NCBI GenBank assembly: GCA_028534125.1 | Contig: CM052817.1 | Location: forward strand, 86,430,001-86,494,000 | DNA: 64,000 nucleotides | Direction: 5' to 3' | DNA from: Lama glama | Taxonomy: Eukaryota | Shown: positions 1 to 12,300 of the stretch, piece by piece | Position numbering within the stretch: the first letter of the stretch is position 1 | Layout: every line of letters starts with the position of its first letter | The notes under the pieces: model-generated | What the model saw: only the letters and a program-made list of their open reading frames with translations | What the model was told of the DNA's origin: nothing | Database searches by the model: none | Position numbers and translations under genes: made by a program

Positions 1-1489
1 TATCTTGAAATCCTTAGCAAAATGAGATTATATTATGTGTGTTTTCATAATTAATAGCATTACCACATATTGGAAATGGCAGTGCAGCTCTTAATAGATT
101 CCTTTCCATACAAAATATAGTTCAGCATGAATTTTTAACATTCTCTTGCGTGAAACACTCTGATGATATGTAATACCAGCCAAATGAGCAAGTATTGTAA
201 TTCCATGTAACCTGTCATCATAACCAACAATGTGTCAAGCCCAAGATATTTAACAAGACAGTTCAGTAAAATTATTCATTGTTTTGGTAGCAATACAATT
301 CTTTTGTTTTACTTCATATTATATGAGTTTTATGGCTTTTGAAAACAAAAGTAACAGTAAACATTCTATTAAAATTGTCTGTTTGATAGGGCTTGATATA
401 AAACATTTTTTTTTAAATTTAACTGTTGTTATTAAATTTTTTGTCAGTTGAAGAGAGAAAGCTTGGCATTTCCCCCTGAGACATTTTCTCGGTTCTAAAA
501 AAAAAAAGTAAAAAAAAAAATCCCCAGTGGATACTTAACACAATGTACAGTGTCAGATGTATAGCAATAAATACAAATAATTTCCTTAAATTTAACCTTA
601 CAACTCATAGAAGTATACTGTATACTTCTGAAAAAATGCTTTTCTTTTATAGTGCTATGAACTAGGCCATAATAATTTTAAGCAAAAATAGCATTTCTCA
701 TCCTGAATAATTTTGTATTAATATAATATTTACAAAGCATATTTTTATATAAAACAATTATAATGATCATTTAAAAACTTTTATATATATTTGGTTGGAC
801 TTTATTTTGAATTTACATTTACTTTTATAAAAAAGGCACTATATTTCCAGACAGGTAAGTTCACTGGTGTCATCACTTCTAAATTATTTTCTGTGTATTT
901 GGATTCTGAAAGGTAATATACGTTCAGGTTATGTGTGTGAGCAAACTGAAGGAATTACTTGATATTTTAGACAATAGAACCTAGATTGTAAATACTAGTG
1001 TTTGATAATTATTGCATTTGAATATAATGTTGTTTCATAACCTTGCAGATATATGCTGTAGGGATCTTTCTCAAAACAGGCTATAAGGTAAACTTCTTTG
1101 ATATCTCTAATTAAGCAGCAGTTTTCTCCTTCACTTCAAAACACCCAGTAAGATAAAATTAAAGGAATCAAAAAGGCATTAACCCTGAAAGGCAGAGAAT
1201 GGGAGAGCAGATAACAGAAGACTATTAAGGTGTTAAAAAAAAAAGAAACAAAAAAACCTTAGAATATTAAAAGCAGGTTGCAGCAGATGCTGTTGGTGGC
1301 CCATGAGATAGCCTTTCAGCCCACATCTAATTTCAGTGTCGACTATGGTGGTCAGTGCTTTGAGAGATCAGATTCAATTCATGGTACTGACTTTCCATAT
1401 CAGGTTTGCACCATGAATTCTACTTTTGGATTTAGAGCCAACTCTAGTGCAGTATAAGTCTAACCCATTGACAAAGATCTGCTCATTAT

Positions 1490-3310
1490 TTTCACAATAA
1501 GCAACCATAAAAATGGACCAAATATATGACACAATTATTTTCAGATGTTAATAAGTAGTGCAGAACACAGATGTTTGACAGAAGGAGAGTAATGGGCAGA
1601 GCCCTGATAAGCCCCTGATTTTCTGCCTAGGGATACTCTTTTTAGACTAATGCAAGGAGGTGAAGTTCAAGCAGATCATTACTTAACTGAAAGACACACC
1701 TTGGAATTTCAAGTTTCTTAACACAGCAAAAAAATTTGAGGGAAGGAACCAGAGAGATTGAACCTGATAAGACAGGGACATCAAAAGTCTGCATATGGGT
1801 TCCTCACAGATCCTTGGCTCAGTGCTGGGCTGGGCACGCAAAGGGAAACCCCATGGGACCACATCAAAAGTGGTTATTGTATGGCTAGAAGCTGAACAGA
1901 CCTCTCAGAATTCACACAGATTTGGGAAGTGTTGCAGTTCTGGCTCAGCTAGAATGCAGAGACCTCCCTGAGTTCAAATATTCAAGTAAGATCCCATAAA
2001 AGCCACACTTTAGGTGAAAGGAGCATGATTAGGAAAAAGTCTAAATGCTAAGACTAAGGTACAATACCAAAATAGACCTTATAAATAATAAAACCAAGCC
2101 CAAAGTATTAAAACGATCTGCCAGTAATTTAGCTGCTTGCCAAAATAATGGTCAAGATCATTTAAAAATATAACATAATCCAGACTCCCTATGATCTATC
2201 ATCTACAATGTCTAGCATATTTTTTTGAAAAAGTATTTGACTTCAAAGAAGCAAGAAACGTGGCCTACAATAAAGAGAAAAATCTGTCATAGATAGAGAC
2301 CACAAAACTACCCTGATCCTGAGCTAGAAGGAAAAGACTAAAACTAGCTATTGAAACTATAATCAAGGACTTAATTGAAATGATAAACATAATCAGTGAA
2401 CAAAAGGGAGAGAGTTATAATGGATACTATAAAGAGCTAAATGGAAATTTTGTGATTGAAAGTAAAATATGTGGAATAATAAAATTCACTTGATAAACTT
2501 ATCAGCATATTTGGCACTACAGAAAAATCTCAGTATAAAGACAAAATATAGATATTAACTAATGTGAAGGACAGAAAGAATGAAAAGTATAAATATAGCC
2601 TCAGCAATCTCTAAAACAATATCATTTCTTAAACAGACATAATGATTAGTCTTAGAAAGAGATGGAGGGAGGATGAGACAGAATTAAAATATTTGAAGAA
2701 ACAATGGCTGGACATTTTCCCAGTTCATTGAAAAAAATCTAAATCTACAAATCAGGCATCTAAATAAACCCCAGGCAGGATAGATGAATGAAAACTACAG
2801 CTCCAACATATGGTCAGGCTAATGAAACCAAAGTCAGTCAAAGAAAAAAATGTGCATCTTATACAATGTAGCAGTAATGTGAATGGTGACTTGGTTCTCA
2901 TCAGAAACAACAGGGGATAAAAATAAACTTGAGAAAGTTGGAGTGGCTCTATTAATCTCAGATAATGTAGTCTTCAATTCAGTAAATAGTGTTATAGATG
3001 AAAAGGGACATAGCATAAAAATAAGGGGGCAAATTCATTAGAGATATTAAATTCCTAAATGTACATGTGCACATGTATTAGATGACTCCATATACTTAAT
3101 GTCAGTTCTTCCCAAAATGAATCTTGAAATTCACTGCAAGCTGAATCAAATTTTCAGAAGTTTTTCTTCTTGTATTTTTTTTCAACTGTATTCTAAAATT
3201 TATATGGAAATGAATTTCAATGGTCAAAATAATCACAATAAAGAATACAGTTGGAGGATTACTACTAGGTAATTACAAGATGTGCTACAAAGTTATAGTA
3301 ATCAAACTTA
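1490..3310 (+). mobile_element. Old L1 (L1M-type) remnant: 5' region, ORF1 and discontinuous ORF2 pieces
   Basis: ORF1-like text (aaaatatttgaagaaacaatggctgga; ttctcatcagaaacaac), endonuclease-region text (gaaagttggagtggctctattaatctcagataa) and later ORF2 text (atgtcagttcttcccaaa; ctaaaatttatatggaaa; gttggaggattac). Heavily decayed. Confidence 0.8.
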
Positions 3311-3339
3311 TTTGCTTGAAAAAACAGTCATTCCTTTTT

Positions 3340-4230
3340 CTGATAAAGCTCCATTTTACATGGAGCTTGATGGGAAAGACTTTTCTTTGTTCCAGGCAGC
3401 ATCAACTGGAGTGGCTTGACTGAGGGCTGGAGAATCTGATTTCAGGCTGGCTTAATCATTGGGCTAGCAAGTTGGGGATGATTCTCAGCTTAGGATTCAG
3501 CCAAATGTGAGGGACAATAGCCCTGGTTCTTCTGCAAGAACTGTATGATCTGAGCTTGTTAAAATCACAGCATCTGGATTGTAAGGGCAAGTATTTTTAG
3601 AGAGAGAAAGAAGCTTAAAATGTACCTTGAACAAAGCAGCGGTTAGAGACAACTCCTCGTGGTCCATATTCTTGTATAACTTAGAGTCCGACCTCATTAT
3701 ATTTATGTTCTGTTCCTCTGTATTTACGATCCCGCATCTGTGGATTCAACCAACAGTGGATTGTGTAGTCCTGTAATACTATTGGAAAAAATCTTCACAT
3801 AAGTGGACCCGTAGAGTTCAAACCGGTGTTGTTCAAGGGTCAACTATATTGTTTTTGGTCTAGATTTCAAAGTCACACTGTGCAACTTCTGTCATACTCT
3901 ATAAGTTGAGTCTATCACAAAAGTTTCAAAGGAGCAAGGCATGAACTCCACCTTTTGATGACAGAAGGCACATGTCATGGAAGACTGTGTATGATAGGAA
4001 ATGCAGTTTTAGGAAACTTAGAATCTTCTGAAGTCAACTATGACAATTCACACACCTGCCACATGCACACTACACACAGCCCTCCATACCCTCCATGATA
4101 CCCTCCTCTCCAGAAGCATCATCCTATTATGGGATCATGCTCAGGGTTGAAGTTCAGGATCTCATTATCTAAATCAAGTCTAAGTGTGAATGAAGATGGT
4201 CAACTGAAAATCCTCTCCTTCAAGTGGTTC
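3340..4230 (-). mobile_element. MaLR (MLT1-type) LTR with adjoining internal fragment, split by a Tigger MITE
   Basis: MLT1-like motifs (gcatcaactggagtggcttgactgagggctggagaatc; ctccaccttttgatg) on both sides of the 3.7-3.85 kb insertion. Confidence 0.6.
3705..3848. mobile_element. TcMar-Tigger MITE (Tigger2/MER2-like)
   Basis: Contains catctgtggattcaaccaac and ends gttgttcaagggtcaacta-ta, the reverse complement of the Tigger TIR cagttgacccttgaacaac followed by TA. Confidence 0.75.
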
Positions 4231-4289
4231 CTAAGCAAAAACAAACAACCAAAATCCCCAAAAACCCAGTTCCAGATAATGAGCAAGTA

Positions 4290-5860
4290 GCTATGACTTT
4301 TTATTGGGTTACATGCCTGATTCTCTATTTCCTTGTATTTAATAGATTGAGCAAAACCCTTTTGTTGGTTGCCCATTTTTTCTTGGCCCCAGGGATACTT
4401 TATTCAAAGTTAGACATCTCAAGCTACTGATGCATCCTTGCCATTTATTAAAATATATTTATTCATCTTTAGTCTGATGGTTAAGGGCTAATACCTGACT
4501 TGTATTATTTTGGAATATTATCATCTGCATTGGTAGCAGAGAACACAGTTCTGTAATAGCATCTCCTATTATCAGCCTGGCCTTAAACCTTTCTCAATAG
4601 TGCTTTCCTTAACACTATGGTAAAAGAAGTGAGCTCTGGATCTGCCATGTAACAAAGTCACCTGGTGGTTTTTTTTTTGGTTTTTTTTTTTTGGCTTCGC
4701 ATAACATACCCATTCTCTCATTCTCATTTTTCTGAATCTTTTGATTTATAACTACATGGTTAGCTGTGGCATTTCTGCAAGTTCTCCTTCAATTTGTGTG
4801 GGCTATCACATTTTTCATGTTTCCAAAATCCAACCTAGTATTAATATTAATACTGCATCATGAGGACCTTGCCAGTATATTAAATCTTCTCTTACATGAG
4901 CATCCTCCCAGACGACAAGCTTTCTCTTTTTTCAGGTTGATGTCTCATCGTCTTTCAGTTCTGCATCTTCAGGATCCAATCTCATACATACTGTCTTGCT
5001 TCCTGCTAATACTAATTGATAGATCCAAAGCTCCCTTGTGGTATAGTACCTGACATTCAAAGGAGACTCAGTACTTCCCCAAATGAGATAGTTTGTGATT
5101 TTATTCCAGTTATTGTTCTGGTATTCAGAAAGAAAAGTATGTGTAGATTCTGAAGAAGGCTGGTGTTGTTTTATAAGCCAGAGCCTTCTGCATACTCTTC
5201 AAGGAAAGAGGAAATTTCTCGCCTTTATGAAAGAGCAATGAAACACTTCTGCAGGTCCAAAGGCATGGATCTGGAGTTTCAAGGTTCTTCGATGTGTTGA
5301 GTCAGATATCCCTGTCTCAAGTCAAAGAGTATCACTCTTTTTCAACGAGGTCCCTGAGTTGGCATAAAAAATTGCCAGAATTGAGAATTCAACATTCTCT
5401 GGATCTCTGCTTTCATTATAATTAAGTTTTGGGCCTGATCCCTAGCTTTTTCTGCTTTTGGCTCTAATAGGTAAGAGTCTCTTTATATGCTACAAAAGAA
5501 GCTCCTTAACCTTCTGACTTTGCCTTAAACTGGTGATTAATCACCTCCCTCTTTTTTAAATTCATCTTTCTCACCAAGGTAAAGGCATTTAATTGCATTG
5601 TCTTATAACTACTACTACTTGAGCCACTCTAATATTAGAGATATTGTATCAGTGCATTTTCTTCTACTGGCATTCAATTCCAGTTCACCACCAGTGGTAA
5701 GTGTTACAATATCAGCACTACATTATCCCAGGGTTATTGTTATTCTCCTTGATAACAATAATGGAGCTCTCATTGCCATCCAGGTGTTGGGTGATCCAAC
5801 TACAAAATTTCACATGGGGTTTGCTTCCTTGAACCTCTTCTGGCCCCATTTCTCTTAAGA
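4290..5860 (-). mobile_element. ERVL (class III) internal region, degraded gag
   Basis: Minus-strand frame near 5382-5456 reads AEKARDQAQNLIIMKAEIQRMLNSQ and is followed by a decayed KEW..TWDGDIW-like motif, typical of ERVL/MaLR gag. It lies directly against the LTR16-like LTR. Confidence 0.7.
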
Positions 5861-5946
5861 TCACTGTCCCAGGAACCTGACTGTGAAATGGAGAGTTGCA
5901 TGAAGGAAGTTTACTAGGGGGTGCTCTAGGGAACCGCATCTGTAAG

Positions 5947-6285
5947 CAATGGGGTATGCTGGTATAATGGTATCCTCAGCTCTCTTGGGGAAAATAAAAC
6001 CCTGATATACATTTGCTGATTTCTATGATTTAAATAATTCTACTATGGTTTTTTTCCCCTTATCTATCAATGGTTTGACAACTAGTTTGCAAAATTATTG
6101 AATATTGAAAATTTGCTCTCAGTGGCAGAGTGCATGCATAGCATGCACAAGGTCCTGGGTTCATCCCCAGTACCTCTATTAAAAATAAACAAGAAAATAA
6201 ACCCAATTAACCCCCCCTTCCAGAAAATTTTTTTAAGAAATCTTGAAAAAATATTAGTTCTCATTAGCTCTAAGACACACCACTG
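5947..6285 (-). mobile_element. hAT MITE (MER63A-like)
   Basis: Degenerate terminal inverted repeats (caatggggtatgctgg / gacacaccactg) and internal ccctgatatacatttgctgatttc resemble MER63. Confidence 0.65.
6115..6240 (+). mobile_element. tRNA-derived SINE, Vic-1-like (camelid), 5'-truncated
   Basis: ctcagtggcagagtgcatgcatagcatgcacaaggtcctgggttcatccccagtacctc, with partial A box and B box, then an A-rich segment, a C-run and an A/T tail. Confidence 0.85.
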
Positions 6286-6696
6286 TATAAGGGACTGAAG
6301 AAAGCAAAGATTGAGCATGGTGGAACTTGAAATTTTGGTCAGTTACACTTGCTACCTTTAAGAATCTACAGAGAGCTCTCTAACTGGGATAGTCCTTCAA
6401 AGTTGTTCTGAATTAAGCAAGAGGGCAGGACAAAGTATTCCTCCTTCAGTTGAGAGCAATTCTTAGAGAAGGACTCAGCATGAGCTATCAGCAGGGTATT
6501 CCTCCATCATCTGGGATAAAGAATGCTTCAGTTATATAGTGCTGCTTTTGGATACACATATGCAAATAAATGAACAGAATCAAGTTTCATCCTTTGACCT
6601 CTCCTCAGACTCATTCTCAGAATAACTTCCAATACTTTCAGGAAAAAATGAACACAACTACTTCAAAAGAAAAAGAGCAAGTTGAATTATATATAC

Positions 6697-6886
6697 AAGA
6701 ATCAGCAAACATTTTCTGTAAATGGCGAGAGAGTATTTTTATTTCTTGAGCTGTGTGACCTCAAGTACTTAATTCTCCCCTTGTTAAACTAAAACAGCCA
6801 TAGATAATAGATAAATAAATGGGCTTGAATGTGTTACAATGACATTTTGTTTATAAAAATATGAAGTCTTTAATTTGTGACCCCTG
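6697..6886 (+). mobile_element. hAT-Charlie MITE (MER58A-like)
   Basis: Starts aagaatcagcaaacattttctgtaaa, contains aaaacagccatagataatagataaataaatgggc and ends ttgtgacccctg. Confidence 0.8.
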
Positions 6887-6899
6887 ACATAGACTTTTA

Positions 6900-7620
6900 G
6901 AATTTAAATGGATGTGGCAAAACTGTAAATCAAGTTTAATAAGCATAATAAAAGACATAAAGGAAAATACTAGTCTAACATAACATCAAGATATACCAAT
7001 AAAACAAGTGGTAACATTTGTTATATAAAATATAATGACCATAAGACACAGTAAATTGAATACCTAGTAGAATGGATATAGCTAAAAAACAGATTAACAA
7101 CTCAGAATATCAATTTAAGGATCTCTAAAAGAGTGAAACTGAGAAAGATATTGAAATAAAATAATATAAAAGAAAGTGAAAATACGAAGAATGAAAATGG
7201 ATGTGCTGAAATTCAGGTGAAAGCAATATCATAAAGAGAAAATGTAAGTATAAGTAGTGAAGATAAAATGTTTGAAGACATAATGGAGATAAATTTTCTA
7301 GATTTAAATAGGGATGAATGACTTCAGATTAAAAGACCATTGATTACTAAATAGAAGAAATAGAAAAAAAAACTGACCTAAAAGCAATGTTATAAAATGC
7401 TTAGACATAAAATCTATATAAATTGTTCTAAAAAATGTCAAAAAGAAGTAGTAAATACATGAAATGAAGTAGAATCTAAATTTCTCATTAGTAACGTTGG
7501 GATGCTAGATGACAATGGATTAATATTTTTAATGTATTTAATAAAAATTAATTTGAACCTAGAATTTTACATATAGCCAGATATTTTATTCAAATTTAAA
7601 CATTCCAACCATTCAAAGTC
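6900..7620 (+). mobile_element. Ancient L1 ORF1 / HAL1-like remnant
   Basis: A-rich strand with ORF1-like text: tttgaagacataatggagataaattttctagattt; ggatgctagatgacaatgga; aacctagaattttacatatagcca. Confidence 0.65.
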
Positions 7621-8188
7621 TCAGAAAGATCTCATACAAACATTACATTATAAATAATTTGGGGGGAAATTCTCAAGTAAGAAAGGAAACAGATCTAGAA
7701 CACTCACTAATGGATATAACTTAAGAATGATTCAATGGCTTAATCAGTTTTGCTGCAGGCAAGCAAACCAGCAAATACATACACAGGAGAAAAGAAAAAA
7801 AAAGAGAGGAAAAAGAAGAAAGTATACCTAGAATTAAGCCTAGGTGTTGTCAATATGAATGGGCCCGAGGAACAAAAGACCAGAATCTTGAGAGAATGCT
7901 CTATTAGGCGATGCTAATGTATATTAAACCTTTATCTCAGCTTCTGTTCCATTGAATATTTGTGGTTATATTTGAAAGAGTACTCTTAGAATTGTGAATA
8001 ATAGCATATTAGATTCAATACCATAATTTTTATTTATGAATATATTTTCAGATTCAGGATTGATACCACCTAAGATGCTCAGTATTTGTTAAAATAGTGC
8101 AAAATATGTCTTTAATTTTTTTCTCTGAATTACACAATCATAAAACACCCAACGATATGAAAGTAATAGAGGAGACATGTAGGGCAGC

Positions 8189-8359
8189 CAGGGCCAGCTT
8201 CATGGGCATGTGACCACTGCAGTTACACAGGGCCCTGCCCTCAGAAGGGACCCATGCTTGGTTTCATACTCTGCCATCCTGAAATTCTTAATAACTTTTG
8301 AACAAGAAGCTCTGCAGTTTCACTTTTTTCTGAGCCTGCAAATTATGTAGTTGGTCTTG
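8189..8359 (+). mobile_element. hAT MITE (MER53-like)
   Basis: cagggccagcttcatgggcatgtgacc...ctgaaattcttaataacttttgaacaag...gcaaattatgtagttggtcttg follows the recalled MER53 consensus end to end. Confidence 0.85.
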
Positions 8360-8687
8360 TGAATAGTAAAGTCCTCCAACTCAGAGCACTGGTCAGAGTT
8401 TTTACTGTTAACAGGGTTATGTTGCAAAAGGGACAGCCTCACACAAACAACCATGTTCAAAAATCCTGTTTCTTTTCAACAAAAATTTGATTATAATTGA
8501 ATGTGACATACCTAATTTTTACTTAAGAAAATATGACATATTCAATGTCACCTGATATTCTTGTTATACTGCATAATTTTAGGTAAGTAGTTGCTATTTT
8601 ATTATATATATGTACTAGTATCTATTTTAATGATCACTGTTACATCATGGAACATAAACTTTCAAATGTTTTATAATTAGAAACAAA

Positions 8688-9345
8688 TTTTTGTTTTTTC
8701 GTTTAATGCCAGCTTTCAAGGAAGTTACGAATGTGTCTGACACTGTTACTCACTCGTTTGGTTTAAAACCCATCCGGATGCTTCAAGGAGCTCTGTAAGG
8801 AGAGGGAGGGTCCCGGCGGTGGCGTCCCAAAGCCAGTACAGAACTTTTCGCGGGGAGGGTGGAGCGCATGCTCAGTAGGCGCCCTCGCCGCCATTACTTC
8901 TTGACCGCTTGACAGACACCCGGTCTCCGCACGTCAGCTCCAGGTACTGCTTGTTCCCCTCGACTCGCTGCTTGGAGCCGCGGTTTTTCTTTACTCCTTT
9001 CTGCATGGACACAAGGGCATCACTTTGCCAGATGACCAGCGTCTTAACATTCCGGTTGTTCAGGCCCTTTGTGTCCTCGTCAAACTCCTCCACCCCGCGA
9101 AATCGATGTTGTAGTTGCGAAATATGCTGTTGGTTTTCGCCTTGAACTTATCACCATCTTTCTGGATGATCGTCATCTAAGTCAGACGGACGACATATTG
9201 CAGGAGGCAAAATCAATATCCAGGGCCTTCCTGTAGCCTTCGAAGTTGTCGTTACTCTGCGACCCCCAGGGTCCTTTCTGGTCCCTCATCACGGGTGGCC
9301 TCTGGTTACTGAGGGTGTGTGCTGGAAGTTAAGGACCAGGCTGGA
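8688..9345 (-). pseudogene. RBP2: Processed pseudogene (retrocopy) of retinol-binding protein 2 (CRBP-II)
   Basis: Minus-strand translation across frameshifts gives (V)[118 protein letters not shown], colinear with recalled RBP2 ([32 protein letters not shown]...[19 protein letters not shown]). The CDS-equivalent spans 9292-8894 with no introns. The start ATG is now GTG after gccacc, there is an in-frame TAG at 9177-9179 and about three 1-bp deletions. ATTAAA at 8702-8707 is followed by an A-rich tail remnant (8688-8699). Confidence 0.95.
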
Positions 9346-12300
9346 TGTTCCGTTTTCTCAGGTGCCTATTTTTCCTATAAATTGAATTTTTAAGTTAACT
9401 AGTAAAGAAAATTCACATGGTATCAATATAACCTTTTCCTGTAAGTTTAATATTGTTTAATTTCTTCTAGTGACAGATGTTCATAACACACATGAGAGGG
9501 TTATGTTTGTTGAAGAGGCATTTAACTGATAATTATTTCTTAAAACAAATATTCAACTCATAGAAAAGTAAAATTTGCAAAAAATGTATAATTTTATGCA
9601 TTCTGTTTCAGAACATGAAAAAATTCTAATTTGGACTTTAGCATCTTGAATTCACTGCTTCAAAAATTATGTTTTCTGTTATACTTGGTTTTTTTTCTAT
9701 GTTTCATTCATAGGTAAATGTTAATCTTTCATTTGTAAACACAACTAGAAAAATTATGCTTTTTTATTTTGAAAATTTCATTTTATCTGTAGTTTATCTC
9801 GTTTCACATTTATAAGATTGATAAGTGATTATCCTTAACACTTCCTAGGAATATATTATTGAGTGAGAAGAGCTCACTACATTCAAAGATCTGAATTTTT
9901 ATGACTCTTCAAATCTGTTGCTCCACAAAATTTTAAGTAAATTGAAAGAATATTTGATGTACCAGTGATGTCCAAGGCTATCAGTATCACTACAATATAT
10001 TTTCATTTTATTCTTTTCTAAATAAACATATGCAAAGCAACTACTCAAAGGTACTTTAATTTGTGTAAAGGTAATCTGAATTCTTTGCCAAATATGCTGT
10101 GACGTTCATTCACTTCTGTGAAATGTTTACTGTTTTTCTTTTTTCCTGTGTGCTTTGATAATTTTTAATGATTTTATTTAATAGGAAACAAAGAGATCTT
10201 GATCTATGGCATTAAAATTAAGTTGGAGAGGAGAAATGTATATTAAAGAGGACTTTGGAGGGTTCAATAAATGTGATTTATTGATAGATTGAAAGTAAGG
10301 TGGAGAAGAAGGAAAAGTCTTGTGTGTTGTATGTGTATATGGCTGGACAAATGACCTCACAACTCAGCAAGACAGAGATTATATTTAAGAGAGCTCTGAC
10401 TATAAATACTTGTTTTGAGCATAATAAATAAAGAAGTCTGGGGGTTATTCATGTTACAAATACAGTAGAATATAAAGGACTACTTTGGATGAAAATGTCT
10501 AAAAAGAAAAAATTTATATAATTTGTAAGCCACCAGAATAACTGTGGAATATTTATTTCACCTTTTTTTCACCTAAAAAAAAGGTGAAATAAATTATCCT
10601 AAAATGCACATAGATCAAACAGGAGTCTTTTAACTTTGAAATTTAACTGTAGTCAGAAATACTCTTTTTTCAAAACTTTTTAAAAGGTTACAGAATATTA
10701 AGCCTAAGTTTAAAAACTCACCATTCTGATCTTCGTAAAACTATATTTATCTACGATTTGAATTTTTAAAACGCATTGTCAGCTACAACACTGAATGTCT
10801 TCAAACTGAAGTTTCTCTTCCTTGAGAAATACCCTGTTGGCAGTTTGTACCTTCAAATTTTTCACTTCATATTATGCCATATAAATTTACCAAAGTTTAA
10901 AACATCAGGGATGGGATCTGTTCTTCAGAGCCATGCCAGGATGAATAGGCAAAGAGGGCAAGATTTGTCAATAGTTCTGTTATGAGGCTCCATTGGCTCA
11001 TCTGGCTGGCTAAGCTTCTCTTCCTTTCCTCCTTGCTGAGGTTTCTCCCTAATTTTCCGTGTTGAAAAATAGGCTTCATCTAGATCAAGAGCACACAAAG
11101 TTGTTACCCTTCTGTATTCTCAAGGTCATTCTTTCAAGTAGCTATTTCCATCCAGAGAGTCTGTCTTCTTGTACTTACAATTTATAAAGTGAATATTCTG
11201 GGTAATAGTACTGATTCTAATACTGTCAAAGAGCCAGTTAAATGACCTGTGTAGACTAGGTTGTAAACCTGACTAGTGTCAGGATCAATTGTCTTACCAA
11301 TGAGCAAGAGACACTTACTACCTCCAAATTCAGGTTTCTCTTCTTTCACTTATCTTGTCTCACAGTATTTTAGAATTAATACTTGGTTTAAAAGTATTTT
11401 AATAACAAAATAATTGCAAGATATCTAGGGCCATTATAGTTACCAGAGACGTCATGATTTCTAAACCATTCACTTGTTCCATTTTAGTACGGTAGACGGA
11501 CAAGCTCATGATAAAAGTAAATATTTTTTTGACAGGAGAAGAAATATGGCCTGAGGGTGTCCATGGTGGAATAAATATCATAAAAGACTTCCATCACAGC
11601 TGTAAATGTGAAATGGCATTTTCAGCTACAGTGCTCAATAACGATTTTGTAAACCCTGTAGTTTAAAAGTAAACCAAGTATTAACTAGTTCCATTTTTTC
11701 ATATATTTGAAGCTGAGTTTTTATAACTAAAACAGAAACTTGATAATATTTTTTAAGTTATAATCCCTAATGTTAGGGAGACCTTTTTATTAAAACTATA
11801 TTACTGCTGCACATTTTCTCAAGAGAAATTTTATTACCTTAGGTCAAATTCAATTTTATGGTATATGATCAAGGTTCTAGTGATTGAAAATTATATTTTT
11901 ATCTCTCATTTTGTGTTTAATTTCATTACTTCTGGTTAAATTTTAAACATGCTTGTATTTCTTTATATGTTAATTAATTTGACAAATATTTGAGCCCTTA
12001 GTATATATAGATTATACCCACCAGTTATTTGTGTTTATCATATCAACACAATACTTGTGTTATAGCATATGTACTTACTTGTAATGGAAAATAAGAAGTT
12101 CATACGTTTCTCTGAACCTTGTGGTAGCAGGGGAGAAGATATATATATTACTTTGAATGGAATTAGAAGCTTGAATATTACAAAAACTAGATATGCTAAG
12201 TACAGGTTAGTAGTCATGTTTGCAATTTAAGAAACCATAAGATCAGGCGTTGTTAGTTAACAGAGAATCATGGGATTGCTAGAGTGTTCATTCATGCAGA

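Larger units (their letters stand above)
5865..6545 (-). mobile_element. ERVL LTR (LTR16-like), interrupted by MER63 and a SINE
   Basis: gcatgaaggaagtttactagggggtgctctagggaac at ~5900 resumes after 6286 with gagagctctctaactgggatagtccttcaaagttgttc and gcaattcttagagaaggactcagc. Confidence 0.65.

Noticed and set aside
609..629. 10-bp inverted repeat agaagtatac-t-gtatacttct
   Set aside because: Short, isolated and with no supporting context; not interpretable.
6115..6175. tRNA-like A/B box sequence
   Set aside because: 5'-truncated and followed by a SINE tail, so a SINE rather than a tRNA gene.
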